Shown here piece after piece: positions 9,228 to 18,907 of a stretch of DNA of 47,980 bases. The notes beneath the pieces were generated by a model, which was not told the origin of the DNA, searched no databases, and saw only the letters and a list, made by a program, of their open reading frames with translations. The position numbers were made by a program, and so were the translations under genes. Each line of letters opens with the position of its first letter. Positions within the stretch are counted from its first letter, which is position 1. This DNA comes from a virus (lineage: Duplodnaviria; Heunggongvirae; Uroviricota; Caudoviricetes). The stretch covers positions 1 through 47,980 of IMG/VR virus record IMGVR_UViG_2565956724_000008. One strand, 5' to 3'.

Positions 9228-9532
9228 TTTCCCTCCATAAATTATGCTGTGTGAAGTAAGAATAATCCTAGGTATGGCTATTTTTACATGAAATTCAATG
9301 GGTTTTCGTTTTTCTTATTTGCATTTTGTGACTGAGATCAAGCTATGAGGGAGAAATACTTTTTTATTGTTCGCTAGAGGCTAATTAGCTTGTACTAATA
9401 GTTTATGATGTACCATAGCGTTGAATGATTTTGCATGCATTTGTCAGATGCTTACTAATGTTGTTATGTCAGAGCTGGTGCGCTTTAGGTTATTTCATGC
9501 AACTGCATTAAAACCGTCTCATGAAGCGGGCG

Positions 9533-9551
9533 GGCGAGGCGGGGAAAGCAC
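9533..9551. other. cos cohesive-end site (P2-type 19 nt)
   Basis: ggcgaggcggggaaagcac matches the P2 cohesive-end sequence as I recall it; lies between the cargo gene and Q, as in P2. Confidence 0.55.
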
Positions 9552-9720
9552 TGCGCGCTGGCGGTGGTGCTGATTTTATTTTTTCAGCGTCTGAGCGCGT
9601 CGTGATGGCGTTTAGATTGTTCGCCGGGGCGTTGGTGTGTCTGTGGGATGTTTTGTGCGGTGGTGAGCGTGTGAGGGCGTGATGGCGGGTTGTAAAAAAG
9701 CCGCCCGCAGGCGGCGATGT

Positions 9721-10755
9721 TCAGCCGTTGTCAGTGTCCAGTGAGTAGTTTTTAAAGCGGATGACCTCCTGACCGAGCCAGCCGTTTATCTCGCGGATCC
9801 TGTCCTGTAGCGGGATAAGTTCATTGCGGACAAAGACCTTTGCCACTTTCTCAATATCACCCAGCGACCCGACGTTCTCCGGCTTGCCGCCCATCAACTG
9901 AAAGGGGATGCGGTGCGCGTCCAGCAGGTCAGCGGCGCTGGCTTTTTTGATATTAAAAAAATCGTCCTTCGTTGCCACTTCACTGAGCGGGATAATTTTA
10001 ATGCCGTCGGCTTTCCCCTGCGGGGCATAGAGAAACAGATTTTTAAAGTTGTTGCGGCCTTTCGACTTGACCATGTTTTCGCGAAGCATTTCGATATCGT
10101 TGCGATCCTGCACGGCATCAGTGACGTACATGATGTATCCGGCATGTGCGCCATTTTCGTAATACTTGCGGCGGAACAGCGTGGCCGACTCATTCAGCCA
10201 GGCAGAGTTAAGGGCGCTGAGATATTCCGGCAGGCCGTACAGCTCCTGATTAATATCCGGCTCCAGCAGGTGAAACACGGAGCCGGGCGCGAAGGCTGTC
10301 GGCTCGTTGAAGGACGGCACCCACCAGTAAACATCCTCTTCCACACCACGGCGGGTATATTTTGCCGGTGAGGTTTCCAGCCTGATAACTTTACCGGTGG
10401 TGCTGTAACGCTTTTCCAGAAATGCATTACCAAATACCAGAAAATCCAGCACAAAGCGGCTGAAATCCTGCTGGGAAAGCCATGGATGCGGGATAAATGT
10501 CGAGGCCAGAATATTACGTTTGACGTAAATCGGTGAGCTGTGATGCACGGCAGCACGCAGGCTTTTTGCCAGACCGGTAAAGCTGACCGGCGGCTCATAC
10601 CATCTGCCGTTACTGATGCATTCGACGTAATCCAGAATGTCACGGCGGTCGAGCACCGGCACCGGCTCACCAAAGGTGAATGCCTCCATTTTCGGGGCGC
10701 TGGCAGTCATTTTTTTTGCCGCAGGTTGCGGTGTTTTCCCTTTTTTCTTGCTCAT
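9721..10755 (-). CDS. Q: portal protein Q
   Basis: 344 aa as in P2 Q; N-terminus MSKKKGKTPQPAAKK; first gene after cos. Confidence 0.9.
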   Translation of the reverse strand: MSKKKGKTPQPAAKKMTASAPKMEAFTFGEPVPVLDRRDILDYVECISNGRWYEPPVSFTGLAKSLRAAVHHSSPIYVKRNILASTFIPHPWLSQQDFSRFVLDFLVFGNAFLEKRYSTTGKVIRLETSPAKYTRRGVEEDVYWWVPSFNEPTAFAPGSVFHLLEPDINQELYGLPEYLSALNSAWLNESATLFRRKYYENGAHAGYIMYVTDAVQDRNDIEMLRENMVKSKGRNNFKNLFLYAPQGKADGIKIIPLSEVATKDDFFNIKKASAADLLDAHRIPFQLMGGKPENVGSLGDIEKVAKVFVRNELIPLQDRIREINGWLGQEVIRFKNYSLDTDNG

Positions 10756-12527
10756 CAGTAAAACTCCAGAATGGTGGATGTCAGCGGGGTGCTGATACCG
10801 GCGGTGAGTGGCTCATTTAACAGAGCGTGCATGGTCGCCCAGGCGAGGTCGGCGTGGCTGGCTTCCTCGCTGCGGCTGGCCTCATAGGTGGCGCTGCGTC
10901 CGCTGCTGGTCATGGTCTTGCGGATAGCCATAAACGAGCTGGTGATGTCGGTGGCGCTGACGTCATATTCCAGACAGCCACGGCGAATAACGTCTTTTGC
11001 CTTGAGCACCATTGCGGTTTTCATTTCCGGCGTGTAGCGGATGTCGCGCGCGGCGGGATAGAACGAGCGCACGAGCTGGAACACGCCGACACCGAGGCCG
11101 GTGGCATCAATACCGATGTATTCGACGTTGTATTTTTCGGTGAGTTTGCGGATGGATTCCGCCTGGGTGGCAAAGTCCATGCCTTTCCACTGGTGACGCT
11201 CAAGTATTCTGAATTTGCCACCGGCCACCACCGGTGGTGCCAGCACCACGCATCCGGCGCTGTCGCCACGGTGTGACGGGTCGTAACCAATCCATACTGG
11301 GCGGGAGCCGAACGGATTCGCGGCAAACGGCGCATAGTCTTCCCATTCTTCCAGCGTGTCGACCATGCAGCGTTGCAGCTCCTCGAACGGGAACACCGAC
11401 GCCTTGTCGTCAACAAATTCACACATGAACAGGTTTTTAAAATCGTCGGCGCTGTTTTCACGTTTGAGCTGCTCAATGTCGAACAGCGTGCAGCCACCTT
11501 TCAGGGCGTCCTCAATGGTGACAATCTGCCGCCACTGGCCGTCCGCACAGAGAAGCCCACCGGCAAGGGCGTTATGACTGACGTCGATTTCCACGCGTTC
11601 GGCGGCGCTGGCGCGTCCCCGGTTGAACAGTTCACCTGACCAGAACGGGTAGGCGTCGTGCGCCAGCGTGGACGGGGTGGAGAAATAGGTCGAGCGCAGG
11701 TGACTCTGTGAGGCCATACCTGATGCCACCTTACGCAGTACCTGAAAATTCGGGATCCAGAAAATCTCGTCGACGTACAGGTCGCCGTTATGGCTCTGCG
11801 CGGTGTTGGAGTTGGTGCCGAGAAAAATCAGTTTTGCGCCGTTATTGCCCAGGACAATCGGGTCACCGGTCAGGTCAACGTCAACCAGACGGGCAAAGGC
11901 GATGATGTATTCGCGGAACACATACGCCTGCGTTTTACTGGCCGACAGAAAAATCTGGTTATGGCCGGTTTTCAGGGCGCGCAGCAGTGCCTCGCGGGAA
12001 AAATAAAACGTCGCGCCAATCTGGCGGGATTTCAGGATATCGCGGATGCGGTGCTCAAGCCCGGCGCGATACCAGTGCAACTGATAGTCGAAAGACTGCT
12101 CAAAGAAAATCTGCTCCAGCTTTTCGATGGCCTCGTCACTGAAAAAATTCTTTTTCGGTTTGCGACGCCCGCCTTTGTTGCGGTTAGCGACGTTCGGATT
12201 AAGGTCTGCCTCGTTGCCGGTCTGACTGTAACGGTTGACCCGTGCCAGTCGTTCAATCTGGCGTCCGAGCAGATCAATTTCCTTGAAGTCACCGCCGGTT
12301 TTCTGCGGTTTGATGATGAGCTGGGTCAGCCGCGCTTCCAGACTCATTTCGACACGGCTGATGGGGGCAACGCTGTCCCAGCCGTCGCGCTGTTTCCAGC
12401 TCTGCACCGTCGGGCGTTTCATCTGCAACATGGCGGCAATCTGCGGCACGGAAAACCCCTGCCAGTACAGCAGCGCCGCCTGACGACGCGGGTCGTGTAA
12501 AAGAGTGGTGTCTGTGGTGATGGTCAT
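10755..12527 (-). CDS. P: terminase large (ATPase) subunit P
   Basis: Start placed at in-frame ATG (MTITTDTT...), giving 590 aa as in P2 P; the ORF track extends it 10 codons upstream to 12557. Confidence 0.85.
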   Translation of the reverse strand: MTITTDTTLLHDPRRQAALLYWQGFSVPQIAAMLQMKRPTVQSWKQRDGWDSVAPISRVEMSLEARLTQLIIKPQKTGGDFKEIDLLGRQIERLARVNRYSQTGNEADLNPNVANRNKGGRRKPKKNFFSDEAIEKLEQIFFEQSFDYQLHWYRAGLEHRIRDILKSRQIGATFYFSREALLRALKTGHNQIFLSASKTQAYVFREYIIAFARLVDVDLTGDPIVLGNNGAKLIFLGTNSNTAQSHNGDLYVDEIFWIPNFQVLRKVASGMASQSHLRSTYFSTPSTLAHDAYPFWSGELFNRGRASAAERVEIDVSHNALAGGLLCADGQWRQIVTIEDALKGGCTLFDIEQLKRENSADDFKNLFMCEFVDDKASVFPFEELQRCMVDTLEEWEDYAPFAANPFGSRPVWIGYDPSHRGDSAGCVVLAPPVVAGGKFRILERHQWKGMDFATQAESIRKLTEKYNVEYIGIDATGLGVGVFQLVRSFYPAARDIRYTPEMKTAMVLKAKDVIRRGCLEYDVSATDITSSFMAIRKTMTSSGRSATYEASRSEEASHADLAWATMHALLNEPLTAGISTPLTSTILEFY

Positions 12528-12700
12528 GAATACCTCGCCGTGATGAATACACGGCAAGGCTACTGAGTCGCGCCCCGCGATTCGCTAAGGTGCTGTTGTG
12601 TCAGTGATAAGCCATCCGGGACTGATGGCGGAGGATGCGCATCGTCGGGAAACTGATGCCGACATGTGACTCCTCTAATCACTATTCAGGACTCCTGACA

Positions 12701-13555
12701 ATGGCAAAAAAAGTCTCAAAATTCTTTCGTATCGGCGTTGAGGGTGACACCTGTGACGGGCGTGTCATCAGTGCGCAGGATATTCAGGAAATGGCCGAAA
12801 CCTTTGACCCGCGTGTCTATGGTTGCCGCATTAACCTGGAACATCTGCGCGGCATCCTGCCTGACGGTATTTTTAAGCGTTATGGCGATGTGACCGAACT
12901 GAAGGCCGAAAAGATTGACGATGATTCGGCGCTGAAAGGCAAATGGGCGCTGTTTGCGAAAATCACCCCGACCGATGACCTTATCGCGATGAACAAGGCC
13001 GCGCAGAAGGTCTATACCTCAATGGAAATTCAGCCGAACTTTGCCAATACCGGCAAATGTTATCTGGTGGGTCTGGCCGTCACCGATGACCCGGCAAGCC
13101 TCGGCACGGAATACCTGGAATTCTGCCGCACGGCAAAACACAACCCCCTGAACCGCTTCAAATTAAGCCCTGAAAACCTGATTTCAGTGGCAACGCCCGT
13201 TGAGCTGGAATTTGAAGACCTGCCTGAAACCGTGTTCACCGCCCTGACCGAAAAGGTGAAGTCCATTTTTGGCCGCAAACAGGCCAGCGATGACGCCCGT
13301 CTGAATGACGTGCATGAAGCGGTGACCGCTGTTGCTGAACATGTGCAGGAAAAACTGAGCGCCACTGAGCAGCGCCTCGCTGAGATGGAAACCGCTTTTT
13401 CCGCACTTAAGCAGGATGTGACTGACAGGGCGGATGAAACCAGCCAGGCATTCACCCGCCTGAAAAACAGTCTCGACCACACCGAAAGTCTGACCCAGCA
13501 GCGCCGCAGCAAGGCCACCGGTGGTGGCGGTGACGCCCTGATGACGAACTGCTGA
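12701..13555 (+). CDS. O: capsid scaffolding protein O
   Basis: Start placed at MAKKVSKFF (ATG 12701), giving 284 aa as in P2 O; the ORF track starts at 12635. Confidence 0.85.
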   Translation: MAKKVSKFFRIGVEGDTCDGRVISAQDIQEMAETFDPRVYGCRINLEHLRGILPDGIFKRYGDVTELKAEKIDDDSALKGKWALFAKITPTDDLIAMNKAAQKVYTSMEIQPNFANTGKCYLVGLAVTDDPASLGTEYLEFCRTAKHNPLNRFKLSPENLISVATPVELEFEDLPETVFTALTEKVKSIFGRKQASDDARLNDVHEAVTAVAEHVQEKLSATEQRLAEMETAFSALKQDVTDRADETSQAFTRLKNSLDHTESLTQQRRSKATGGGGDALMTNC

Positions 13556-13613
13556 CCGGCGTCAGTCAGTCCGGGAAAACCTTCACGATTAACCCTTAAT
13601 TTCAGGAAAAACT

Positions 13614-14687
13614 ATGCGCCAGGAAACCCGCTTTAAATTTAATGCCTACCTGTCCCGTGTTGCCGAACTGAACGGCATCGACGCCGGTGATGTGTCGAAA
13701 AAATTCACCGTTGAACCGTCGGTCACCCAGACCCTGATGAACACCATGCAGGAGTCCTCTGACTTTCTGACCCGCATCAACATTGTGCCGGTCAGCGAAA
13801 TGAAAGGGGAAAAAATTGGCATCGGTGTCACCGGCTCCATCGCCAGCACCACCGACACCGCCGGTGGCACCGAGCGTCAGCCGAAGGACTTCTCGAAGCT
13901 GGCGTCAAACAAGTACGAATGCGACCAGATTAACTTCGATTTTTATATCCGCTACAAAACGCTGGACCTGTGGGCGCGTTATCAGGATTTCCAGCTCCGT
14001 GTCCGTAACGCCATTATCAAACGCCAGTCCCTTGATTTAATCATGGCCGGTTTTAACGGCGTGAGGCGTGCCGAAACCTCTGACCGCAGCAGCAATCCGA
14101 TGCTGCAGGATGTGGCGGTCGGCTGGCTGCAGAAATACCGCAATGAAGCCCCGGCGCGCGTGATGAGCAAGGTCACTGACGAGGAAGGGCACACCACCTC
14201 TGAGGTTATCCGCGTGGGTAAGGGCGGTGATTATGCCAGCCTTGACGCACTGGTGATGGATGCGACCAACAACCTGATTGAGCCGTGGTATCAGGAAGAC
14301 CCTGACCTTGTGGTGGTTGTGGGACGTCAGCTACTGGCGGACAAGTATTTTCCCATCGTCAACAAGGAGCAGGACAACAGCGAAATGCTGGCCGCTGACG
14401 TCATCATCAGCCAGAAACGCATCGGTAACCTGCCGGCGGTACGCGTCCCGTACTTTCCGGCGGATGCGATGCTCATCACAAAGCTGGAAAACCTGTCCAT
14501 CTACTACATGGATGACAGCCATCGCCGCGTGATTGAGGAAAACCCGAAACTCGACCGCGTGGAGAACTACGAGTCAATGAACATTGATTACGTGGTGGAA
14601 GACTACGCCGCCGGTTGTCTGGTGGAAAAAATTAAGGTCGGTGATTTCTCCACACTGGCTAAAGCGACCGCAGAGCCGGGAGCGTAA
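13614..14687 (+). CDS. N: major capsid protein N
   Basis: 357 aa as in P2 N; follows the scaffold gene. Confidence 0.9.
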   Translation: MRQETRFKFNAYLSRVAELNGIDAGDVSKKFTVEPSVTQTLMNTMQESSDFLTRINIVPVSEMKGEKIGIGVTGSIASTTDTAGGTERQPKDFSKLASNKYECDQINFDFYIRYKTLDLWARYQDFQLRVRNAIIKRQSLDLIMAGFNGVRRAETSDRSSNPMLQDVAVGWLQKYRNEAPARVMSKVTDEEGHTTSEVIRVGKGGDYASLDALVMDATNNLIEPWYQEDPDLVVVVGRQLLADKYFPIVNKEQDNSEMLAADVIISQKRIGNLPAVRVPYFPADAMLITKLENLSIYYMDDSHRRVIEENPKLDRVENYESMNIDYVVEDYAAGCLVEKIKVGDFSTLAKATAEPGA

Positions 14688-14690
14688 CCG

Positions 14691-15434
14691 ATGACGAGTC
14701 CCGCACAGCGCCACATGATGCGGGTCTCGGCAGCGATGACCGCGCAGCGGGAAGCCGCCCCGCTGCGACATGCAACTGTCTATGAGCAGATGCTGGTTAA
14801 GCTCGCCGCAGACCAGCGCACACTGAAAGCGATTTATTCAAAAGAGCTGAAGGCCGCGAAAAAACGCGAACTGCTGCCGTTCTGGTTGCCGTGGGTGAAC
14901 GGCGTGCTGGAGCAGGGCAAAGGTGCACAGGATGACATTCTGATGACGGTCATGCTGTGGCGTCTGGATACCGGCGATATTGCCGGTGCGCTGGAGATTG
15001 CCCGTTATGCCCTGAAGTACGGTCTGACCATGCCGGGTAAACACCGCCGTACCCCGCCGTACATGTTCACCGAGGAGGTAGCGCTCGCGGCCATGCGCGC
15101 TCACGCTGCCGGTGAGTCTGTGGATACCCGCCTGCTGACGGAGACCCTTGAACTGACCGCCACGGCTGACATGCCTGATGAAGTGCGCGCAAAGCTGCAC
15201 AAAATCACCGGTCTGTTTCTGCGTGACGGTGGTGATGCCGCCGGTGCGCTGGCTCACCTGCAACGTGCGACACAGCTCGACTGTCAGGCAGGCGTCAAAA
15301 AAGAGATTGAACGACTGGAGCGGGAGCTGAAACCGAAGCCGGAGCCGCAGCCCAAAGCGGCCACCCGCGCCCCGCGTAAGATCCGGAGCGTGACACCGGC
15401 AAAACGTGGACGCCCGAAAAAGAAAGCCAGTTAA
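14691..15434 (+). CDS. M: terminase small (endonuclease) subunit M
   Basis: 247 aa as in P2 M; basic C-terminal tail. Confidence 0.85.
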   Translation: MTSPAQRHMMRVSAAMTAQREAAPLRHATVYEQMLVKLAADQRTLKAIYSKELKAAKKRELLPFWLPWVNGVLEQGKGAQDDILMTVMLWRLDTGDIAGALEIARYALKYGLTMPGKHRRTPPYMFTEEVALAAMRAHAAGESVDTRLLTETLELTATADMPDEVRAKLHKITGLFLRDGGDAAGALAHLQRATQLDCQAGVKKEIERLERELKPKPEPQPKAATRAPRKIRSVTPAKRGRPKKKAS

Positions 15435-15533
15435 CAACCGAATGCGCCCCGCGCCAGGGCGGCACGCCGGTCAGTGAGGGTGAATCACCTGACACTGCAC
15501 CGGCGTCCACCGCCCGACTTTTCAGAGGTAGTC

Positions 15534-16043
15534 ATGATGACGCTGATTATTCCGCGAAAGGAGGCTCCCGTGTCCGGTGAGGGTACGGTGGTCATCCCGC
15601 AACCGGCAGGCGACGAGCCGGTGATTAAAAACACGTTCTTTTTTCCCGATATCGACCCGAAGCGCGTCCGGGAACGTATGCGCCTTGAGCAGACCGTCGC
15701 CCCCGCCCGTCTGCGTGAGGCCATCAAGTCAGGCATGGCGGAGACGAATGCGGAGCTGTACGAGTACCGCGAACAGAAAATTGCCGCCGGTTTTACGCGT
15801 CTGGCGGACGTCCCGGCGGACGACATCGACGGTGAAAGCATCAAAGTTTTTTACTACGAGCGCGCCGTGTGTGCGATGGCGACCGCGTCGCTTTATGAAC
15901 GTTATCGCGGTGTGGATGCCAGTGCAAAAGGCGACAAGAAGGCCGACAGCATTGACAGCACCATTGATGAGCTGTGGCGGGATATGCGCTGGGCAGTGGC
16001 GCGCATCCAGGGCAAGCCGCGCTGCATCGTGAGTCAAATCTGA
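15534..16043 (+). CDS. L: head completion/stabilisation protein L
   Basis: Start placed at MMTLIIPRKE (ATG 15534), giving 169 aa as in P2 L. Confidence 0.8.
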   Translation: MMTLIIPRKEAPVSGEGTVVIPQPAGDEPVIKNTFFFPDIDPKRVRERMRLEQTVAPARLREAIKSGMAETNAELYEYREQKIAAGFTRLADVPADDIDGESIKVFYYERAVCAMATASLYERYRGVDASAKGDKKADSIDSTIDELWRDMRWAVARIQGKPRCIVSQI

Positions 16044-16246
16044 TGAAGACCTTTGCGCTACAGGGCGACACGCTCGACGCCATTTGTGTCCGGTATTACG
16101 GGCGCACTGAGGGCGTGGTTGAGACCGTGCTCGCCGCAAATCCGGGACTGGCTGAACTGGGTGCGGTGTTGCCGCACGGCACCGCCGTCGAACTGCCCGA
16201 CGTTCAGACCGCGCCCGTGGCTGAAACTGTCAATCTGTGGGAGTAA
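16043..16246 (+). CDS. X: tail protein X
   Basis: Start placed at MKTFALQGD (ATG 16043, overlapping the L stop), giving 67 aa as in P2 X. Confidence 0.8.
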   Translation: MKTFALQGDTLDAICVRYYGRTEGVVETVLAANPGLAELGAVLPHGTAVELPDVQTAPVAETVNLWE

Positions 16247-16249
16247 CGC

Positions 16250-16531
16250 ATGACAGCAGAAGAAAAAAGCGTCCTGTCGCTTTTCATGATTGGGGTGCTG
16301 ATTGTTGTCGGCAAGGTGCTTGCCGGTGGTGAACCCATCACCCCGCGTCTGTTTATCGGGCGCATGTTGCTCGGTGGTTTTGTCTCGATGGTTGCCGGTG
16401 TTGTTCTGGTGCAGTTTCCTGACCTGTCACTGCCTGCGGTGTGCGGTATCGGCTCCATGCTGGGTATCGCCGGTTATCAGGTGATTGAGATTGCCATTCA
16501 GCGCCGTTTTAAGGGCAGGGGGAAACAGTAA
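16250..16531 (+). CDS. Y: holin Y
   Basis: 93 aa; hydrophobic transmembrane segments; first gene of the lysis cassette as in P2. Confidence 0.8.
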   Translation: MTAEEKSVLSLFMIGVLIVVGKVLAGGEPITPRLFIGRMLLGGFVSMVAGVVLVQFPDLSLPAVCGIGSMLGIAGYQVIEIAIQRRFKGRGKQ

Positions 16532-17028
16532 TGCCGGTAATTAACACGCATCAGAATATCGCGGCCTTTCTCGACATGCTGGCCGTGTCCGAAGGGACGG
16601 CGAATCATCCGCTGACGAAAAACCGGGGCTATGACGTGATAGTCACCGGACTGGACGGGAAGCCGGAAATTTTCACTGACTACAGTGACCACCCGTTCGC
16701 GCATGGCCGACCGGCGAAGGTGTTTAACCGTCGCGGTGAAAAATCCACGGCCTCCGGTCGCTATCAGCAGCTTTACCTGTTCTGGCCGCACTACCGCAAA
16801 CAGCTTGCCCTGCCGGATTTCAGTCCGTTGTCACAGGACAGGCTCGCCATTCAGTTGATCCGCGAACGCGGTGCACTGGATGACATCCGGGCGGGACGCA
16901 TTGAGCGCGCTATTTCACGCTGTCGCAATATCTGGGCGTCCCTGCCGGGTGCCGGTTACGGTCAGCGTGAGCATTCACTGGAAAAACTGGTCACCGTCTG
17001 GCGTACCGCCGGCGGTGTACCAGCTTAA
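16531..17028 (+). CDS. K: endolysin K
   Basis: 165 aa as in P2 K; follows the holin. Confidence 0.8.
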   Translation: MPVINTHQNIAAFLDMLAVSEGTANHPLTKNRGYDVIVTGLDGKPEIFTDYSDHPFAHGRPAKVFNRRGEKSTASGRYQQLYLFWPHYRKQLALPDFSPLSQDRLAIQLIRERGALDDIRAGRIERAISRCRNIWASLPGAGYGQREHSLEKLVTVWRTAGGVPA

Positions 17029-17042
17029 ACGGAGTAAACACC

Positions 17043-17468
17043 ATGAAGAAATTATCCCTTTCACTGATGCTGAATGTGTCGCTGGCGCTGATGCTGGCAC
17101 TGTCCCTGATTTACCCGCAGAGCGTGGCCGTCAATTTTGTCGCCGCCTGGGCGATTCTGGCGACGGTTATCTGTGTGGTTGCCGGTGGTGTCGGCGTGTA
17201 TGCCACTGAGTATGTGCTGGAACGCTACGGGCGGGAGCTGCCACCGGAATCGCTGGCCGTGAAGATTGTCACGTCGCTGTTTTTGCAGCCGGTGCCGTGG
17301 CGCAGGCGGGCGGCGGCTCTGGTAGTGATGGTGGCGACGTTTATCTCGCTGGTCGCTGCCGGGTGGATTTTTACCGCGCTGATTTATCTTGTGGCGTCGC
17401 TGTTTTTCCGGCTGATACGTAAAGCCTGTCGTCAGCGTCTTGAGGGGCGGGAACTATGTCAAAGCTGA
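17043..17468 (+). CDS. lysA: lysis-timing membrane protein LysA
   Basis: 141 aa, multiple hydrophobic helices; P2 lysA position. Confidence 0.75.
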   Translation: MKKLSLSLMLNVSLALMLALSLIYPQSVAVNFVAAWAILATVICVVAGGVGVYATEYVLERYGRELPPESLAVKIVTSLFLQPVPWRRRAAALVVMVATFISLVAAGWIFTALIYLVASLFFRLIRKACRQRLEGRELCQS

Positions 17469-17881
17469 TGATTGTGCTGGTCGTGTTGTTATCGCTGGCG
17501 GTGACCGGTCTGTTTCTGGTGAAACACAAAAATGCCAGCCTGCGCGCCTCGCTGGACAGGGCGAATAACGTCGCCAGTGAACAGCAGACGACCATCACCA
17601 TGCTGAAAAATCAGCTTCATGTTGCCATCACCAGGGCAGACAAAAACGAGCTGGCGCAGGTGGCACTGCGTCAGGAACTGGAGAACGCGGCGAAGCGTGA
17701 AGCACAGCGCGAGAAAACCATCACGAGGTTACTGAATGAAAACGAAGATTTTCGCCGCTGGTACGGCGCTGGCCTGCCTGATGCTGTGCGCCGGTTGCAC
17801 CAGCGCCCGGCCTGCACCGACGCCAGTGATTGTCGCCAACGCCTGCCCGAAAGTGAGCCTTTGCCCGATGCCGGGCAGTGA
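17456..17881 (+). CDS. lysB: i-spanin (Rz-like) LysB
   Basis: 141 aa; N-terminal transmembrane helix followed by a charged coiled-coil-like region. Confidence 0.75.
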   Translation: MSKLMIVLVVLLSLAVTGLFLVKHKNASLRASLDRANNVASEQQTTITMLKNQLHVAITRADKNELAQVALRQELENAAKREAQREKTITRLLNENEDFRRWYGAGLPDAVRRLHQRPACTDASDCRQRLPESEPLPDAGQ

Positions 17882-18026
17882 CCCGGAGACGAACGGCGAT
17901 TTAAGTGCCGATATCCGACAGCTTGAGAACGCGCTGGCACGCTGTGCCAGCCAGGTAAAAATGATTAAACACTGTCAGGACGAAAACGATGCTCAAACCC
18001 GACAGCCTGCGCAGGGCGCTGACTGA
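17736..18026 (+). CDS. lysC: o-spanin (Rz1-like lipoprotein) LysC, embedded in/overlapping lysB
   Basis: 96 aa; signal peptide with lipobox LCAGC, proline-rich; sits in the +1 frame over the lysB 3' end. Confidence 0.7.
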   Translation: MKTKIFAAGTALACLMLCAGCTSARPAPTPVIVANACPKVSLCPMPGSDPETNGDLSADIRQLENALARCASQVKMIKHCQDENDAQTRQPAQGAD

Positions 18027-18456
18027 TGCCGTCACGGTGCTGAAAACCAGTCCCGAGATGCTGCGGATATTCGTGGATAACGGGAGTATTGCCTCCACGC
18101 TGGCGACGTCGTTGTCATTCGAAAAGCGTTACACGCTCAATGTGATTGTGACCGACTTTACCGGTGATTTTGACCTGCTCATCGTGCCGGTGCTGGCGTG
18201 GCTGCGGGAAAATCAGCCCGACATCATGACCACCGATGAAGGCCAGAAAAAGGGCTTCACGTTTTATGCGGACATCAACAATGACAGCAGCTTTGATATC
18301 AGCATCAGCCTGATGCTGACCGAGCGCACGCTGGTCAGTGAGGTGGACGGCGCGCTGCATGTGAAGAATATCCCGGAACCTCCGCCGCCGGAGCCGGTCA
18401 CCCGCCCGGTGGAGCTGTATATCAATGGCGAACTGGTGAGCAAGTGGGATGAATGA
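17989..18456 (+). CDS. R: tail completion protein R
   Basis: 155 aa as in P2 R. Confidence 0.8.
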   Translation: MLKPDSLRRALTDAVTVLKTSPEMLRIFVDNGSIASTLATSLSFEKRYTLNVIVTDFTGDFDLLIVPVLAWLRENQPDIMTTDEGQKKGFTFYADINNDSSFDISISLMLTERTLVSEVDGALHVKNIPEPPPPEPVTRPVELYINGELVSKWDE

Positions 18457-18907
18457 GTTTAAGCGTTTTGAAGACCGGCTGACCGGACTGATTGAGTCGC
18501 TGTCACCGTCAGGGCGTCGGCGACTGGCGGTAGATATTGCGAAGAAGCTGCGCCAGCGCCAGCAGCAGCGAATTAAATTACAAAAAGCCCCGGATGGTAC
18601 GCCGTATGTACCGAGAAAAAACCAACCAGTACGAAATAAGAAAGGCCGGATAAAGCGGGAAATGTTTGTGAAATTACGCACTAACCGGTTTATGAAAGCA
18701 ACAGGTAGCGAGAGTGCGGCGGTGGTGGCGTTTGCCAGCGGAGTACAACGAATTGCGCGAGTACATCAATTAGGGCTTAGGGATAAGCCGGGGCGTAATA
18801 GTGCTGTGGTGGAATATCCTGTTCGTGAGTTATTTGGTTTTGACAAGGAATCTATACAATTGATAGAAAGGGAGTTATTAGTGATTCTATCGAAAGATGT
18901 TATATGA
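18449..18907 (+). CDS. S: tail completion protein S
   Basis: 152 aa (P2 S about 150 aa); precedes the cargo slot and V. Confidence 0.8.
   Translation: MNEFKRFEDRLTGLIESLSPSGRRRLAVDIAKKLRQRQQQRIKLQKAPDGTPYVPRKNQPVRNKKGRIKREMFVKLRTNRFMKATGSESAAVVAFASGVQRIARVHQLGLRDKPGRNSAVVEYPVRELFGFDKESIQLIERELLVILSKDVI

Noticed and set aside
9228-9532. Sigma-70 promoter for the SIR2 gene (e.g. TTGATC...TAAGAA or TTGAAT...ATACCT seen on the coding strand in the mirror copy at about 38630..38720)
   Set aside because: Several weak -35/-10 candidates but none convincing by eye; a promoter probably exists in this AT-rich region but cannot be placed.
9894-12552. Many 60-240 aa ORFs antisense to or overlapping the portal and terminase genes (e.g. 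9894..10193, 10194..10673, 10827..11276, 11021..11497, 11790..12500, 12289..12552)
   Set aside because: They lie wholly inside long, well-supported structural genes on the opposite strand or in alternative frames; the translations are low-complexity (Arg/Ser/Ala/Cys-rich), as expected for chance ORFs in GC-rich DNA. The same applies to similar ORFs inside N, M, L, V, J, I, H and A.
12558-12700. Ogr-dependent late promoter motif (TGT-N12-ACA) in the P/O divergent region
   Set aside because: I could not find a clean TGT-N12-ACA dyad by eye; divergent late promoters are likely here by synteny, but a specific site is not supported.
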